This document shows, piece after piece, positions 1 to 10,197 of a DNA stretch of 64,000 nucleotides. The notes under the pieces were generated by a model, which saw only the letters and a list, made by a program, of their open reading frames with translations, was not told the origin of the DNA and ran no database searches. Position numbers and translations under genes: made by a program. Source of the stretch: a bacterium (GTDB taxonomy: Bacteria > Patescibacteriota > Minisyncoccia > UBA6257 > GWB1-50-10); assembly GCA_021814165.1 (NCBI GenBank), contig JAKAIX010000002.1:5371-69370 (forward strand). Direction: 5' to 3'. How positions within the stretch are numbered: the first letter of the stretch is position 1; every line of letters starts with the position of its first letter.

Positions 1-75
1 CCATACAAGACCGACGATTGAAAAAAGGAAAAGAATCGGGATAAACTTCGCGTACAATTTCCGGAATCGTTCCAT
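1..75 (-). CDS. 5' part of a membrane protein, truncated by the window edge (MERFRKLYAKFIPILFLFSIVGLVW...)
   Basis: ATG at 75, 4 nt past the stop of the upstream GT; open to the window edge; hydrophobic stretch. Confidence 0.55.
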   Translation of the reverse strand, partial: MERFRKLYAKFIPILFLFSIVGLVW

Positions 76-79
76 TGTT

Positions 80-1117
80 TTACAAAAAAACCGGCTGGTA
101 TAACTCTTTGGCGCGCTCAATAAATTCCACCGCGCGATGGTAGTTCGTTCCCTTTTTCCTTATGAAGTCGAACCCTCGCTGCCGGAGTTCTTCTCTTTCT
201 TTCTTATGACTTACGTAATAAGTAAGGCGTTCGAGCAGGTCTTTTTTGTCTTTCACGAAAATGGCGCATCCGTCGGTCGCCTCGGGCGCCGCGGGATTAT
301 CGGAAAAACACAGCGCTCCATATGCGAGAGATTCAACGACCCGCTCGGTTACCATCCTATTTTCAATGTTGCTCGCATCGCTCAACCCGAGGGAAACCAT
401 GGAATTCTTGTAAACGTCGACCCTGGTTTCTTCCTTCACGTACGGCGGAGTGGGAAATATCTTCGCGCGCGGGTTATTAAGGAAGGGGCCATAATACTCC
501 GGATGGTAGTTCTTGTTTCCTATATAACAAATTTCATATTTCTCGTTAACGCATCCTTCTCCTACCTCGTCAGGATGCACGTTCGCGGAAAGCGGATAGG
601 GAATCGCTTTCCTGTCTTTAAGGTAGAGACGATACCATTCCCACACAGGGGACGTTCGAGGAATTTCCGTGCGGTAATACTCGCCGCTCACGAGATACGG
701 CATGCCGAGCCGTTCCATAACATAGACGAGCGAAGACGCCCACGCGATAACCACGATGTCCTTTTTCTTCGCAAGCTGTTTCAGAACGCGGATTTGAAGC
801 CGCTCGGCGACAATACCAAGCACGCCATCCGCGTATGCCGCGGAATAGAATACGTCGTGTCCCGGAATCCATTTGATCGGGTGCAGAAAACGCGTCACGT
901 CGGCGCGTAACATGCGAATCCCCCAAATCGAGTTATAAAAAAAATTATGGCACGAGATCATTACGAACCCGGGCTCGGTGATTTCCTCCACGTGACGTAC
1001 TAATTTGACATCAAAACCGTGCGGCGCGAATCCTGCCGCGAACTTTTCGACAAAGAACCGGTGGTTATAGGGCGTTGGGAGAAAAAGGTGATCGAGAATA
1101 TAAAAAGTTTTTTTCAC
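80..1117 (-). CDS. Glycosyltransferase (CgeB-like / Glyco_trans_1_2 C-terminal domain)
   Basis: C-terminal 'ERVVESLAYGALCFSD...DLLERLTYY..ERE.LRQRG' pattern; TATAAT 8 nt upstream of the GTG. Confidence 0.75.
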   Translation of the reverse strand: MKKTFYILDHLFLPTPYNHRFFVEKFAAGFAPHGFDVKLVRHVEEITEPGFVMISCHNFFYNSIWGIRMLRADVTRFLHPIKWIPGHDVFYSAAYADGVLGIVAERLQIRVLKQLAKKKDIVVIAWASSLVYVMERLGMPYLVSGEYYRTEIPRTSPVWEWYRLYLKDRKAIPYPLSANVHPDEVGEGCVNEKYEICYIGNKNYHPEYYGPFLNNPRAKIFPTPPYVKEETRVDVYKNSMVSLGLSDASNIENRMVTERVVESLAYGALCFSDNPAAPEATDGCAIFVKDKKDLLERLTYYVSHKKEREELRQRGFDFIRKKGTNYHRAVEFIERAKELYQPVFL

Positions 1118-1224
1118 GTACCACGATTATATCCGAGAAACGGGAAACTGCAAGGGGACGAAACCACGGAGCGGACTTCGTTCATTCCTTGATTTCGCGC
1201 TCCCTTGTGATTTATCATTATCAC

Positions 1225-1740
1225 ATGATAGAAGTAACCCGCACCAAACTTGAAGGCGTGCTGCTCGTAAAGCCGTCAATAAACGAGGATTTCAGGGGAA
1301 AATACGTTGAGACATATAACGAAGAGGAATATCGCGCAAAAGGAATAGCCGCGCACTTTGTGCAGGACGACATTTCGGTTTCGTCCCGCGGCGTACTTCG
1401 CGGAATCCACGGCGATAAGACAACATGGAAATTAATATCATGCCTCAGGGGGAGGTTCTATTTTGTGGTGGTAAACTGCGACGAGACATCGCCCCAATTC
1501 CGCGAGTGGGAGTCGTTCGTGCTGACGGAAGAAAATCAGTGGCAGGTGCTCGTGCCCCCGAAATTCGGAAACGCGCACCTCGCATTGAGCGACGAAATTG
1601 TCTTTCATTACAAGCAATCAACGTACTACGATCCGGGGAGCCAGTTCAGCTATCGCTGGGATGATCCGCAATTCGGAATCTGGTGGCCGATCAAGAATCC
1701 CCTCCTTTCTCCCAGAGACGAAGGAAAAAAGCGGGATTAA
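1225..1740 (+). CDS. rfbC: dTDP-4-dehydrorhamnose 3,5-epimerase family
   Basis: D.RG..VETY, QDDISVS.RGVLRGIH, VPP.FGNAH, WDDP.FGIWWP motifs; start taken as the ATG at 1225. Confidence 0.85.
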   Translation: MIEVTRTKLEGVLLVKPSINEDFRGKYVETYNEEEYRAKGIAAHFVQDDISVSSRGVLRGIHGDKTTWKLISCLRGRFYFVVVNCDETSPQFREWESFVLTEENQWQVLVPPKFGNAHLALSDEIVFHYKQSTYYDPGSQFSYRWDDPQFGIWWPIKNPLLSPRDEGKKRD

Positions 1741-1744
1741 CGGC

Positions 1745-2557
1745 ATGTCCAAAAGGAAAAATCTTGTTCTGGGAGGAAAAGGATTCGTAGGCGCCGAACT
1801 CGTGCGGCTCCTTGAAGAGAAGGGCGAGGAAATAAGAATCATAGACAGAAAACTCGGCGACGACCTGAAACACGCCGAGAAATACGCGGAAATGTTCGAG
1901 TGGGCGGATCGCACATGGTTTATCGCCTGGGAGATAGGAATTTGGAAGCACGCAACCGATCCCGCGTATCAGATAGGCACTTTGGCCGCGAGCATCGATC
2001 TCTGCAAGTCCGTCTTCGGTGCATTGGAAAAAGCGAAGAAACCCTTCCTTTTCGTAAGCACCCAGTTCGCCGGATATCCGAGCGTTCTCGGATCGGTAAA
2101 GAGGGTCGGAGAAGTATGGACAACGCTTCTCGGCGGGCTCACCGCGCGTTTCTGGAACGTATACGGATTCGAGGAGATAGGAGAAAAAAGCCACGTGGTC
2201 CCCGATATGATCTATAATGCCCTTACCAAAAAACGTATCACGCTTCTCACGAACGGCGAAGAGACGCGGCAGTTTCTCTTCGTGAGGGATGCGGCGGAAG
2301 GACTCCTGCACCAATTTGAGACCGGGCAACCGGTTGCGGATATCACGAACGGCGAGTGGGTTTCGATAAAAAGCGTGGCGGACATGATCGCCGCAAAAAC
2401 GGGCACCGTGGTAGAAACCGGAGACGGAACCGGGCACGCTTCTTTTGCGGAACCAAAAAATATCCTCTCCGGATGGAGCCCTCGCTTTACTCTCGACGAG
2501 GGGCTGGCACTCACCATCGATCGCATACGAGAGTCGATGCAACAAAAACAAACATGA
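1745..2557 (+). CDS. NAD-dependent epimerase/dehydratase (extended SDR, degenerate YxxxK)
   Basis: GGKGFVG, RFWNVYG, G.ETRQFLFVRD motifs. Confidence 0.8.
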   Translation: MSKRKNLVLGGKGFVGAELVRLLEEKGEEIRIIDRKLGDDLKHAEKYAEMFEWADRTWFIAWEIGIWKHATDPAYQIGTLAASIDLCKSVFGALEKAKKPFLFVSTQFAGYPSVLGSVKRVGEVWTTLLGGLTARFWNVYGFEEIGEKSHVVPDMIYNALTKKRITLLTNGEETRQFLFVRDAAEGLLHQFETGQPVADITNGEWVSIKSVADMIAAKTGTVVETGDGTGHASFAEPKNILSGWSPRFTLDEGLALTIDRIRESMQQKQT

Positions 2558-3495
2558 CGAAAATACTTGTTACGGGAGGCGCGGGATATATCGGATCCGT
2601 ACTCGTGCCGATGTTGTTAAAAGAGGGGTATGAAGTTACGGTAATCGACAACTTCATGTACTCGCAGACGTCGCTTCTCGACGTTTGCTATCATCCGAAC
2701 CTCCATATCGCAAGAGGAGACGTGCGCGATGAAGAGGCCATGAAACGGCTCATGGAGGATGCGGAATTCATCATACCGCTCGCCTGCATCGTCGGCGCAC
2801 CGGCGTGCGACCGAGATCCGAGAGCGGCGCGGACGATAAATCTCGAGGCGGTGGAATTTATCCTAAAGACGCGCCATGCCTCCCAAAAAATCATTTTCCC
2901 GAACACCAACAGCGGCTATGGCAGATCAAAAGACGGGAGCGTGGCATTCTGCGACGAAACGACGCCTCTTAATCCCCTTTCGCTGTACGGAACACTCAAA
3001 GTCCAGGCAGAACAGGAAATATTGGCCGCGGGAAACGCCGTTACTTTCAGGCTGGCCACCGTATTCGGCATAAGCCCGAGAATGAGGCTGGATCTTCTCG
3101 TGAACGACTTCGTGTACCGGGCAATCACCGACAGGGCAGTCATTCTCTTCGAGCCGCATTTCAAACGGAATTATATCCACGTCCGCGACGTGGCAAACGC
3201 GTTCCTGCACGCGATAAAGAATTTCGAAACAATGAAAAATGAGCCGTACAATATCGGGCTGAGCGACGCGAACTTGAGCAAACGCGAGCTCTGCGAGGAA
3301 ATAAAAAAGCAGCTCCCCGATTTTGTGTTTATCGAATCGGAGATAGGAAAAGACGTGGATCAGCGCAACTATATGGTAAGCAACGAAAAAATAGAACGCA
3401 CCGGATTCAAACCCGCCATTTCAATCCAGGAGGGCATCACGGAACTTATAAAAGGATTCAAGATTATTCGTCGTACGGATTTCAGCAATCTTTAA
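2554..3495 (+). CDS. NAD-dependent epimerase/dehydratase
   Basis: TGGAGYIGS, YGTLK, RLATVFG.SPRMRLDLLVN; ATGA overlap with the previous gene. Confidence 0.85.
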   Translation: MTKILVTGGAGYIGSVLVPMLLKEGYEVTVIDNFMYSQTSLLDVCYHPNLHIARGDVRDEEAMKRLMEDAEFIIPLACIVGAPACDRDPRAARTINLEAVEFILKTRHASQKIIFPNTNSGYGRSKDGSVAFCDETTPLNPLSLYGTLKVQAEQEILAAGNAVTFRLATVFGISPRMRLDLLVNDFVYRAITDRAVILFEPHFKRNYIHVRDVANAFLHAIKNFETMKNEPYNIGLSDANLSKRELCEEIKKQLPDFVFIESEIGKDVDQRNYMVSNEKIERTGFKPAISIQEGITELIKGFKIIRRTDFSNL

Positions 3496-3499
3496 ACTG

Positions 3500-4489
3500 A
3501 TGGTTATTTCACGCACCCCATTCCGCATCTCTTTCTTCGGGGGAGGTACGGATTACCCGGTCTGGTACACGACTCACGGCGGCGCCGTACTTTCGACCTC
3601 GATTAATAAATATTGTTACGTTACCTGCCGGTATTCTCCCCTGATACTCGAAAAAAGATACAAAGTAGCGTGGTCCAAGGTAGAATCCGTAAACGATGTC
3701 GAAGAAATCGAGCACCCTGTCGTAAGGGAAACAATAAAGCTTTTCGAGTTGAAGGAAGGCGTGGAGGTGCACTATATAGCCGATCTTCCCGCGCGAACGG
3801 GAATGGGTTCGAGTTCTTCGTTCACGGTCGGCCTGATCCACGCGCTTCACGCGCTCCTCGGAAAAACCGTATCAAAAAACCAGCTTGCGAAAGAGGCGAT
3901 CCGCGTGGAACGCGAATTACTGAAAGAGAACGTCGGGTCGCAGGACCAGGTTGCCGCCGCTTTCGGAGGACTCAACAAAATCACCTTCAACGCGCGCGAC
4001 GGATTTTCCGTTCACCCTATCGTCTTATCACCGGAGAAACTTGCGACACTGGAGAGCAACTTGCTCCTTCTTTTCACCGGTTTCTCAAGAAATACTTCCG
4101 AGATAAGTCAGGAGCAAATTAAGAACACTCCCTTGCTCGAGAGGGAGCTCACGAGGATGACTTCCATCGTCGATGAGGCTATAGAGATATTGAACGACTC
4201 CACGGAACGGCTCGACGATTTCGGACGCCTTCTCGACGAAGCGTGGCGGCTGAAACGGTCTTTCTCCTCCGTTATTACGCGCCCGGAGATCGATGAAATA
4301 TACGAGGCGGGAAAAAAGGCGGGAGCGCTTGGAGGAAAACTTCTCGGCGCGGGAGGAGGCGGCTTCATGCTTTTTTATGCAAAACCCGAAGTGCATGATG
4401 CAATCCGAAAAGCGCTGAAAAAATTTTTCTTCGTCCCCTTCCAGTTCGAGCATGCGGGAAGCCAAATCATACATTACCACCCCGACTGA
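3500..4489 (+). CDS. hddA: GHMP kinase, D-glycero-D-manno-heptose-7-phosphate 1-kinase-like
   Basis: RTPFRISFFGGGTD, PARTGMGSSSS, GSQDQ, GGKLLGAGGGG. Confidence 0.85.
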   Translation: MVISRTPFRISFFGGGTDYPVWYTTHGGAVLSTSINKYCYVTCRYSPLILEKRYKVAWSKVESVNDVEEIEHPVVRETIKLFELKEGVEVHYIADLPARTGMGSSSSFTVGLIHALHALLGKTVSKNQLAKEAIRVERELLKENVGSQDQVAAAFGGLNKITFNARDGFSVHPIVLSPEKLATLESNLLLLFTGFSRNTSEISQEQIKNTPLLERELTRMTSIVDEAIEILNDSTERLDDFGRLLDEAWRLKRSFSSVITRPEIDEIYEAGKKAGALGGKLLGAGGGGFMLFYAKPEVHDAIRKALKKFFFVPFQFEHAGSQIIHYHPD

Positions 4490-4493
4490 ACGT

Positions 4494-5237
4494 ATGAGGC
4501 GCGCATCATCTTCCCGATCGCGTTTTCCCGAAATGGATTTTGTAATCCTCTGCGGAGGGCTTGGAACGCGGCTCCGTACGACACTCCCGAATATGCCGAA
4601 AGCGCTCGCGCCCATTGCGGGGACCCCGTTTCTCGACATTCTCCTCCATCACCTCTTTAAGGCGGGGTTTAAGCGCATTATTCTCGCCGTAGGTCATCTT
4701 CAAAATCCCATCATCTCCCGCTATGGAAACGACTCCCGGATTTTGTTTGCAAAAGAACGCGAGCCGCTCGGTACGGGAGGTGCGGTGCGAAATGCGCGGC
4801 GTTTGATCAAAAGTCCCCATTTTTTCGTGGCAAACGGAGACACGTTCTCCGACGCGGATTACCAAAATTTTTTTACCGTTCACAAAACAAAAGGCGGCAT
4901 CGTCACGATGGGCATTACGCGGGCGGGCAGACGCACCGACGCGGGAAACATACTCACCGATGCGTCGGGACGCATTCTTTCATTTAAAGAGAAACGAGGC
5001 GCACGCTCCCGATCGGGAATCAGTGCGGGGCTTTATTGCATGAGACGGGAGGTTTTTGACGTTATGCCAAAACGAAAACGGTTCTCGCTTGAAGAAGAGG
5101 TTTTTTCCTCGCTCGCGCGGCAGGGGGTTCTCTTCGGCGTACCGATTAAACGCGAAGCAATCGACATCGGCACTCCTGCGCGATACGCACGCGCGAAACG
5201 CATCCTCAAGAAACATCGGCCGTCTTCCTTGCGATGA
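4494..5237 (+). CDS. hddC: Sugar-1-phosphate nucleotidyltransferase, HddC-like (start may be 4533)
   Basis: ILCGGLGTRL..PKAL, EPLGTGGA, NGDT, DIGTP; follows hddA. Confidence 0.75.
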   Translation: MRRASSSRSRFPEMDFVILCGGLGTRLRTTLPNMPKALAPIAGTPFLDILLHHLFKAGFKRIILAVGHLQNPIISRYGNDSRILFAKEREPLGTGGAVRNARRLIKSPHFFVANGDTFSDADYQNFFTVHKTKGGIVTMGITRAGRRTDAGNILTDASGRILSFKEKRGARSRSGISAGLYCMRREVFDVMPKRKRFSLEEEVFSSLARQGVLFGVPIKREAIDIGTPARYARAKRILKKHRPSSLR

Positions 5238-6237
5238 CGGTTATTTGCGCGCCAAGACCGAACATGTTGGCGATGCTGTTGCCGGGGAAGTAATCGCAAA
5301 GCCCGAGCACGCGCTTTATCATCCGAACCGGTTTTTTCCCGAACCACGAACGCGAGACGGGCCATTTCGTGCCGCACATCGTTTCAAAAGAAGAAAAAAG
5401 ATTGCTGAAGAAATCGGTCGAATACGTTTTTTCAAGAGAAAATCCCGCTTCCTTAAAGAGACGCTGGAACGTTGCCTTCCGATAATGAACGTAATGGAGC
5501 GGGATTACGAAGCCGTCCCACCACTTCCCGCACATTATCGAACTGATACCGCCGTACTGGGGCACACCGATTACCAGCACCCCTCCGGGCTTCAAAACGC
5601 GGTTGAGTTCCCTGAGCGCTGCCGCGGGATCGGGGAAATGCTCAAAAACATGGAGAAGATGCACGGCATCGAAAAAACCGTCAGAAAATTCGAGCGTGTC
5701 CACGCTCCCTACGGAAATATTCTTCAGCCCCTGGCTTACCGCCGACGCCACCGCAATCGGACTCGGATCAACGCCGAACGTTTCCCATCCCAAGCCCTTG
5801 AGGTCGGCGAGAAAATTCCCCGCACCACAGCCAAGATCAAGCAGCCGCCCTCCTTTCACGAAACGAGGGTAATGGGCGAACGCGAGACGAAACGGGAAAA
5901 GGGAAAACTGCCACCATCGTTTTTCGCCGTACCCGAAGTATTGCCCCAACGTCCTCCGTTTCAGTAATGCGAGGATGCGCGCGACTACGCCCGCATTGCG
6001 CGCTCCCGCCACCCTGAACGGCCCGTACGACTCGTCAAAGAAAGAAGAGAGGGCTCCGTAGGCAAGCTGGGGATCGGTGAAAACCGTGCCGCACGAGCTG
6101 CACCGCATAACGGCAAAGGCCACGCCGGGATAGACGCGTTGTACCTTTCCTGTTTCTTCCATGCGGGCATGTATAATTGCGTGTCGTTCCGCGTGGCACA
6201 CGGGACATTTTCCTCTGCTTTGGACAATCGTACTCAT
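5206..6237 (-). CDS. Class I SAM-dependent methyltransferase with N-terminal CxxC..CxxC
   Basis: LLDLGCGAG, HVFEH, LKPGG. Confidence 0.85.
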   Translation of the reverse strand: MSTIVQSRGKCPVCHAERHAIIHARMEETGKVQRVYPGVAFAVMRCSSCGTVFTDPQLAYGALSSFFDESYGPFRVAGARNAGVVARILALLKRRTLGQYFGYGEKRWWQFSLFPFRLAFAHYPRFVKGGRLLDLGCGAGNFLADLKGLGWETFGVDPSPIAVASAVSQGLKNISVGSVDTLEFSDGFFDAVHLLHVFEHFPDPAAALRELNRVLKPGGVLVIGVPQYGGISSIMCGKWWDGFVIPLHYVHYRKATFQRLFKEAGFSLEKTYSTDFFSNLFSSFETMCGTKWPVSRSWFGKKPVRMIKRVLGLCDYFPGNSIANMFGLGAQITVIARKTADVS

Positions 6238-7358
6238 GAAGAACTTTTTGCTTTTGCGATTTCTCCGAACAGAGCCTCGTACCGCATGGCAATTGTCTCC
6301 CACGTATGATCGCGTTTCCAGAGCTCGAACGCACGGTCCGTAATTTCGCGGCGCTCGTCTTTATGTTCGAGAAAATGTTCCGCGGCACTTGCCATTGCTT
6401 TGGGCGTTTTCACGATCGTGACGCACGTCTCATGGTCCCTCACATTTCCGATATCGGTAGTAATGAAGAGGGTCTTGCTTGCAAACGATTCGTACATCAC
6501 GAGCGGAGCGCATTCGAGTTTCGATCCGAAAAGGAACGCGTCGGATTCCTGATAAGCCGAGACCACGTACGAACGCGGGACGTTTCCGAGAATTCTGATG
6601 CGGCGATTCAAGATGCCCTGTGCGGCACAGAAAGGATAACAACTGTACCATGAATGCCGCGTCGGAAGACCTCCTATAATAACGAGCGTCGCGTCATCGC
6701 GATTTAATCTACGAAACGCTTCGATCACAAATTGATGCCCCTTCGCAAAAAAATGATTCGAAACGTCCAGGAACAGATGTGGCGTTGTAATATTGTAGTG
6801 GCTCTTGAATCCGATGGACGGCGCGAGAAATTCGGCGCCTGCGCCGTTCGGGATGACAGCGGCCTTATCTCCCAATCCATGCTTATCTCCGAACAGTTTA
6901 TCCCGATAGCGGGGGGAGGTATATACAATCCGATCATACTTGCGAAGCGCGTTTACATATGCACTTTCATAATACGAATTGAAACGCGGATCGCCCACCT
7001 TCGAAAGTCCCGGCGTACTTAACACTTTACGCGCATGAATCGAATCAGCGATCTCGAACGCGAGATCGGTCGTCCACGTGTCCGCGGCGAAATTAAGGAT
7101 AACGTCGTAGTTTCCTCCGAGAATGAACCGCCGATACGCCTCCTTTTCGCCGCGTATCCCTTTCACAAGACTTCCTACGACCCGAAAACCGCTGATGCGT
7201 ACTCCGTTTATAAGCGCGGGGCGCCCCTCGCAAAACGAGGTCGCGACCGTTACTTCATGGCCGCGCAGAACGAGCCCCTCGGCAATCTGACGTGCCTGTT
7301 CCGCAATGCCTCCCCCGCCGGGGGCATGGTAGAACTCGACTGTGATGAGTATTTTCAT
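6234..7358 (-). CDS. Glycosyltransferase family 4
   Basis: GGGIAE..GHEVTV, IPNG, KG, E.APLVMYES. Confidence 0.85.
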   Translation of the reverse strand: MKILITVEFYHAPGGGGIAEQARQIAEGLVLRGHEVTVATSFCEGRPALINGVRISGFRVVGSLVKGIRGEKEAYRRFILGGNYDVILNFAADTWTTDLAFEIADSIHARKVLSTPGLSKVGDPRFNSYYESAYVNALRKYDRIVYTSPRYRDKLFGDKHGLGDKAAVIPNGAGAEFLAPSIGFKSHYNITTPHLFLDVSNHFFAKGHQFVIEAFRRLNRDDATLVIIGGLPTRHSWYSCYPFCAAQGILNRRIRILGNVPRSYVVSAYQESDAFLFGSKLECAPLVMYESFASKTLFITTDIGNVRDHETCVTIVKTPKAMASAAEHFLEHKDERREITDRAFELWKRDHTWETIAMRYEALFGEIAKAKSSS

Positions 7359-8056
7359 GAAGAAAATACATCCTTCATCCAAACGTCTAGCATCGCTTCC
7401 CCCTCCCGACCGACAAGATATCTCGAAAGAATTTCCCGCACCGCTTTCTTTTCATCGATTTCACCCGGCAACCGTTCGGCGAAGACGGTTATATTCGGTA
7501 ATTTTTTACCTCCGAATTTCCGATATACCGGAAGCGGTATAAACATGCCCGGTATGTTCAGGGCCGGCACCTGGAATCGCTTCGCGAGATCATTCGAGAT
7601 CTTGCGGAAACGCAAATTTCCAAAACCGAGTTTTTTCAAAACAAACTTATACTTCTCCTTATTCCATCCTTCTCCGTGGAACGCCCACGCCGCTTCCTGG
7701 GATCCGAACACGTGGCGTGAAATCTCGTAACGCTCCTTGGTGCCACCGAAAAGATAGTAGAAGATCGAGGTCGCGAAATCGGGAGTTTCCAAATGGAGAA
7801 CCCCGTGCGGTTTCAACCACCTGCGCCATTCGAGAAGCAGACGGAGCGCATCGGCTCTTCTAAAATGCTCGAATACGTGGTGGCCGCGAATTTCCGCGAT
7901 AGAACCGGACGGATAATGGAGCGTGGCGATATCCGCGTAGCGATCGGCTTTCACTTTCATCACGGAATGCTCCGACTGGGGAAAATCGATATTAAGATAC
8001 CCCTCGAGGTACTTGTCGCCGCAACCCAAGTGGAGTTTCAAATCAGTTTCTTTCAT
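7355..8056 (-). CDS. Methyltransferase-domain protein
   Basis: KLHLGCG..YLEGYLNID, HVFEH, LKPHG.L.LETPD. Confidence 0.75.
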   Translation of the reverse strand: MKETDLKLHLGCGDKYLEGYLNIDFPQSEHSVMKVKADRYADIATLHYPSGSIAEIRGHHVFEHFRRADALRLLLEWRRWLKPHGVLHLETPDFATSIFYYLFGGTKERYEISRHVFGSQEAAWAFHGEGWNKEKYKFVLKKLGFGNLRFRKISNDLAKRFQVPALNIPGMFIPLPVYRKFGGKKLPNITVFAERLPGEIDEKKAVREILSRYLVGREGEAMLDVWMKDVFSS

Positions 8057-8115
8057 AAGATAGTACCCATTGTATCGTAAACGCACCAAGCTGTTCAAGG
8101 AACTCTCGAAACGCG

Positions 8116-9054
8116 TCACACGGAGTAAAACCTTCTTTTTATAAGCCTTCGGAGCGCCACGTAAAAGGAGAATGGCATGAGCCGGGAAAGCGCGTACACT
8201 ATCTTCAACTTTTTATTCCAAGCAGGAGATTGTCGTGCGAGGCGTCGCGCCCTCTTCGCATCCCCTTCGCGCCACGATTTTAGAAACTCCTCATATGCGA
8301 TCTGCGACTCCAATGTAAGAAGCTCGTTGGTATACTCCTCGGAAAAATGAGGATATAACGAAATAAGCTTCTGCACGAGAAGTTCTTTTTCCTCCGGATA
8401 AAAAAGTCCGTGACTGAAGGTAAAGCTTTTCTCGTGCATCCGATATTTGGTAAGCGGCTCCTCAAGATATGCGGCGCGCCAATCATGGAGGATGCGAAGG
8501 AACAAATCCATCTCTTCGATGAAATGAAAACGATCGTCGAAAACCTCTTGTAATCCCCTGACCGCCTCCTTCCGTATCATGACGGACGAAAGCACGAAGG
8601 GATAATCATTAATGAGATCGCGAAATACAAGCCCCTCCGGCGGTTTCTCTCGATAGGCAAGGTGGTGATCGCCGGAATTATTGAAGAAAACCGTCTGCGT
8701 ATAAACAAGACCGACCTCCGGACTTTTCTCAAAAAGAGCCACCTGCCGTTCGAGTTTCCGGGGAAGCCACAAATCATCATGATCAAGGAACGCAACGTAT
8801 TTTCCGCGCGCCTCCTTGAATGCGTAGTTACGCGCCTGTCCCAATGACGCGGCTTTTTCTCCCCTGAAATATCTTACTTTCTCCCCGTAACTTTTCGCGA
8901 TTTGAGGCGTCTCATCTTCCGAGGCGTCATCCCATGCGACGATCTCCCAGTCGGTGAAGGTTTGCGCAAAAACGCTTCCTATCGTCTCCCGAAGGAAAGG
9001 AGCGGAATTATGACAGTTGATAATAACGCTTACCGCGGGCGTTTTTTGTTCCAT
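8116..9054 (-). CDS. Glycosyltransferase family 2
   Basis: VSVII..HN, DDAS.D, ARN, FLDHDDLW. Confidence 0.9.
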   Translation of the reverse strand: MEQKTPAVSVIINCHNSAPFLRETIGSVFAQTFTDWEIVAWDDASEDETPQIAKSYGEKVRYFRGEKAASLGQARNYAFKEARGKYVAFLDHDDLWLPRKLERQVALFEKSPEVGLVYTQTVFFNNSGDHHLAYREKPPEGLVFRDLINDYPFVLSSVMIRKEAVRGLQEVFDDRFHFIEEMDLFLRILHDWRAAYLEEPLTKYRMHEKSFTFSHGLFYPEEKELLVQKLISLYPHFSEEYTNELLTLESQIAYEEFLKSWREGDAKRARRLARQSPAWNKKLKIVYALSRLMPFSFYVALRRLIKRRFYSV

Positions 9055-10196
9055 TGAAAAAATGTTGTTATGGCGCGGATAACCCTGTCCTGCTCGTCTT
9101 TCGTCACGTCGGGATGGAGCGGGAGCGAGAGAAGTTCGCTATATATTTGTTCCGTCACGGGGAATGCAACGCCCCGTTTCCTGAAATAACTCAGGAGGTG
9201 GCTGGGATAGTAATGGATACCGGTCTCGATGCCCTGCTTTGCCAGATGTTCCCTAAGTGCGTCACGCAACCCGCCTAATACCCGTATCGGATATATGTGC
9301 GGCACCACAGAACGGTAATCCGTCTTAAAAAGAACGATTCCGTTTGCATTTGCGAGAAGCCGATAATACCTCTTGGAAAGCGATTGTCTTTTCTTCTTAA
9401 ACTTTCCGAATTTCTTGAGTTGCGTTCGCCCGATCGCCGCCGAGATATTCGTCATGTGATACCGGTATCCCTGACGTACCACGTCAAACTCCCAGCTTCT
9501 CTCGCCCTTGTATCGTTTCTCCGAGTCGCCCATAACGCCGAGAAGGCGGGCGTCTCTCACATACCGTAGAACGCGCTTATCGGCGGTCACAACCGCCCCT
9601 CCGTCCCCCGAAGTGATGTTTTTAATCGGGTCAAAGCTGAAACATACGATGTCTCCGAACGAACCGACGAGTTTCCCCTTATGAACCGTTCCGAACGCAT
9701 GGGCTGCGTCTTCGATGACGCGCAAACGGTGTTTTCTCGCAAACGTGTAGATCTTCGTTAAATCCCCCGGGTCCCCGGCATAATGCACCGGTATGATCGC
9801 TTTCGTCTTCCTGGTTAATTTTCTTTCAGCGTCTTTTAAATCGATTGTCACGTTTTTCGGATCTATCTCACAGGCGACGGGAACGGCGCCTGCGGCGCGT
9901 ATTGCCTGGAAATCGGAGAGATATGTCAGGGACTGCACCAGAACCTCATCGCCCGGTTTCGTAACCGCCGCTACCGCAAGGTGGAGTGCCGAGGTGCCGG
10001 TATTCACGCATGCCACTTCTCCCTTTGTCCGGAGAAATTTTTTTAGCTCCGATTCAAATGCCTTAACCTCACCCCCCATGCCAAAATATCCCACCTCGAG
10101 CATTACATGACGCACGGCATTCACTTCCTTCATATCTACCACCGATTTCGAAAGCTTGATTGCTTTTTTATTGGTAGTGTTCCGCATCTGCTTCAT
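9030..10196 (-). CDS. DegT/DnrJ/EryC1/StrS PLP-dependent sugar aminotransferase
   Basis: NTGTSALH, IEDAAHA, FSFDPIKNIT.GDGG, LSLPLHP. Confidence 0.9.
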   Translation of the reverse strand: MKQMRNTTNKKAIKLSKSVVDMKEVNAVRHVMLEVGYFGMGGEVKAFESELKKFLRTKGEVACVNTGTSALHLAVAAVTKPGDEVLVQSLTYLSDFQAIRAAGAVPVACEIDPKNVTIDLKDAERKLTRKTKAIIPVHYAGDPGDLTKIYTFARKHRLRVIEDAAHAFGTVHKGKLVGSFGDIVCFSFDPIKNITSGDGGAVVTADKRVLRYVRDARLLGVMGDSEKRYKGERSWEFDVVRQGYRYHMTNISAAIGRTQLKKFGKFKKKRQSLSKRYYRLLANANGIVLFKTDYRSVVPHIYPIRVLGGLRDALREHLAKQGIETGIHYYPSHLLSYFRKRGVAFPVTEQIYSELLSLPLHPDVTKDEQDRVIRAITTFFQWNKKRPR

Positions 10197-10197
10197 T

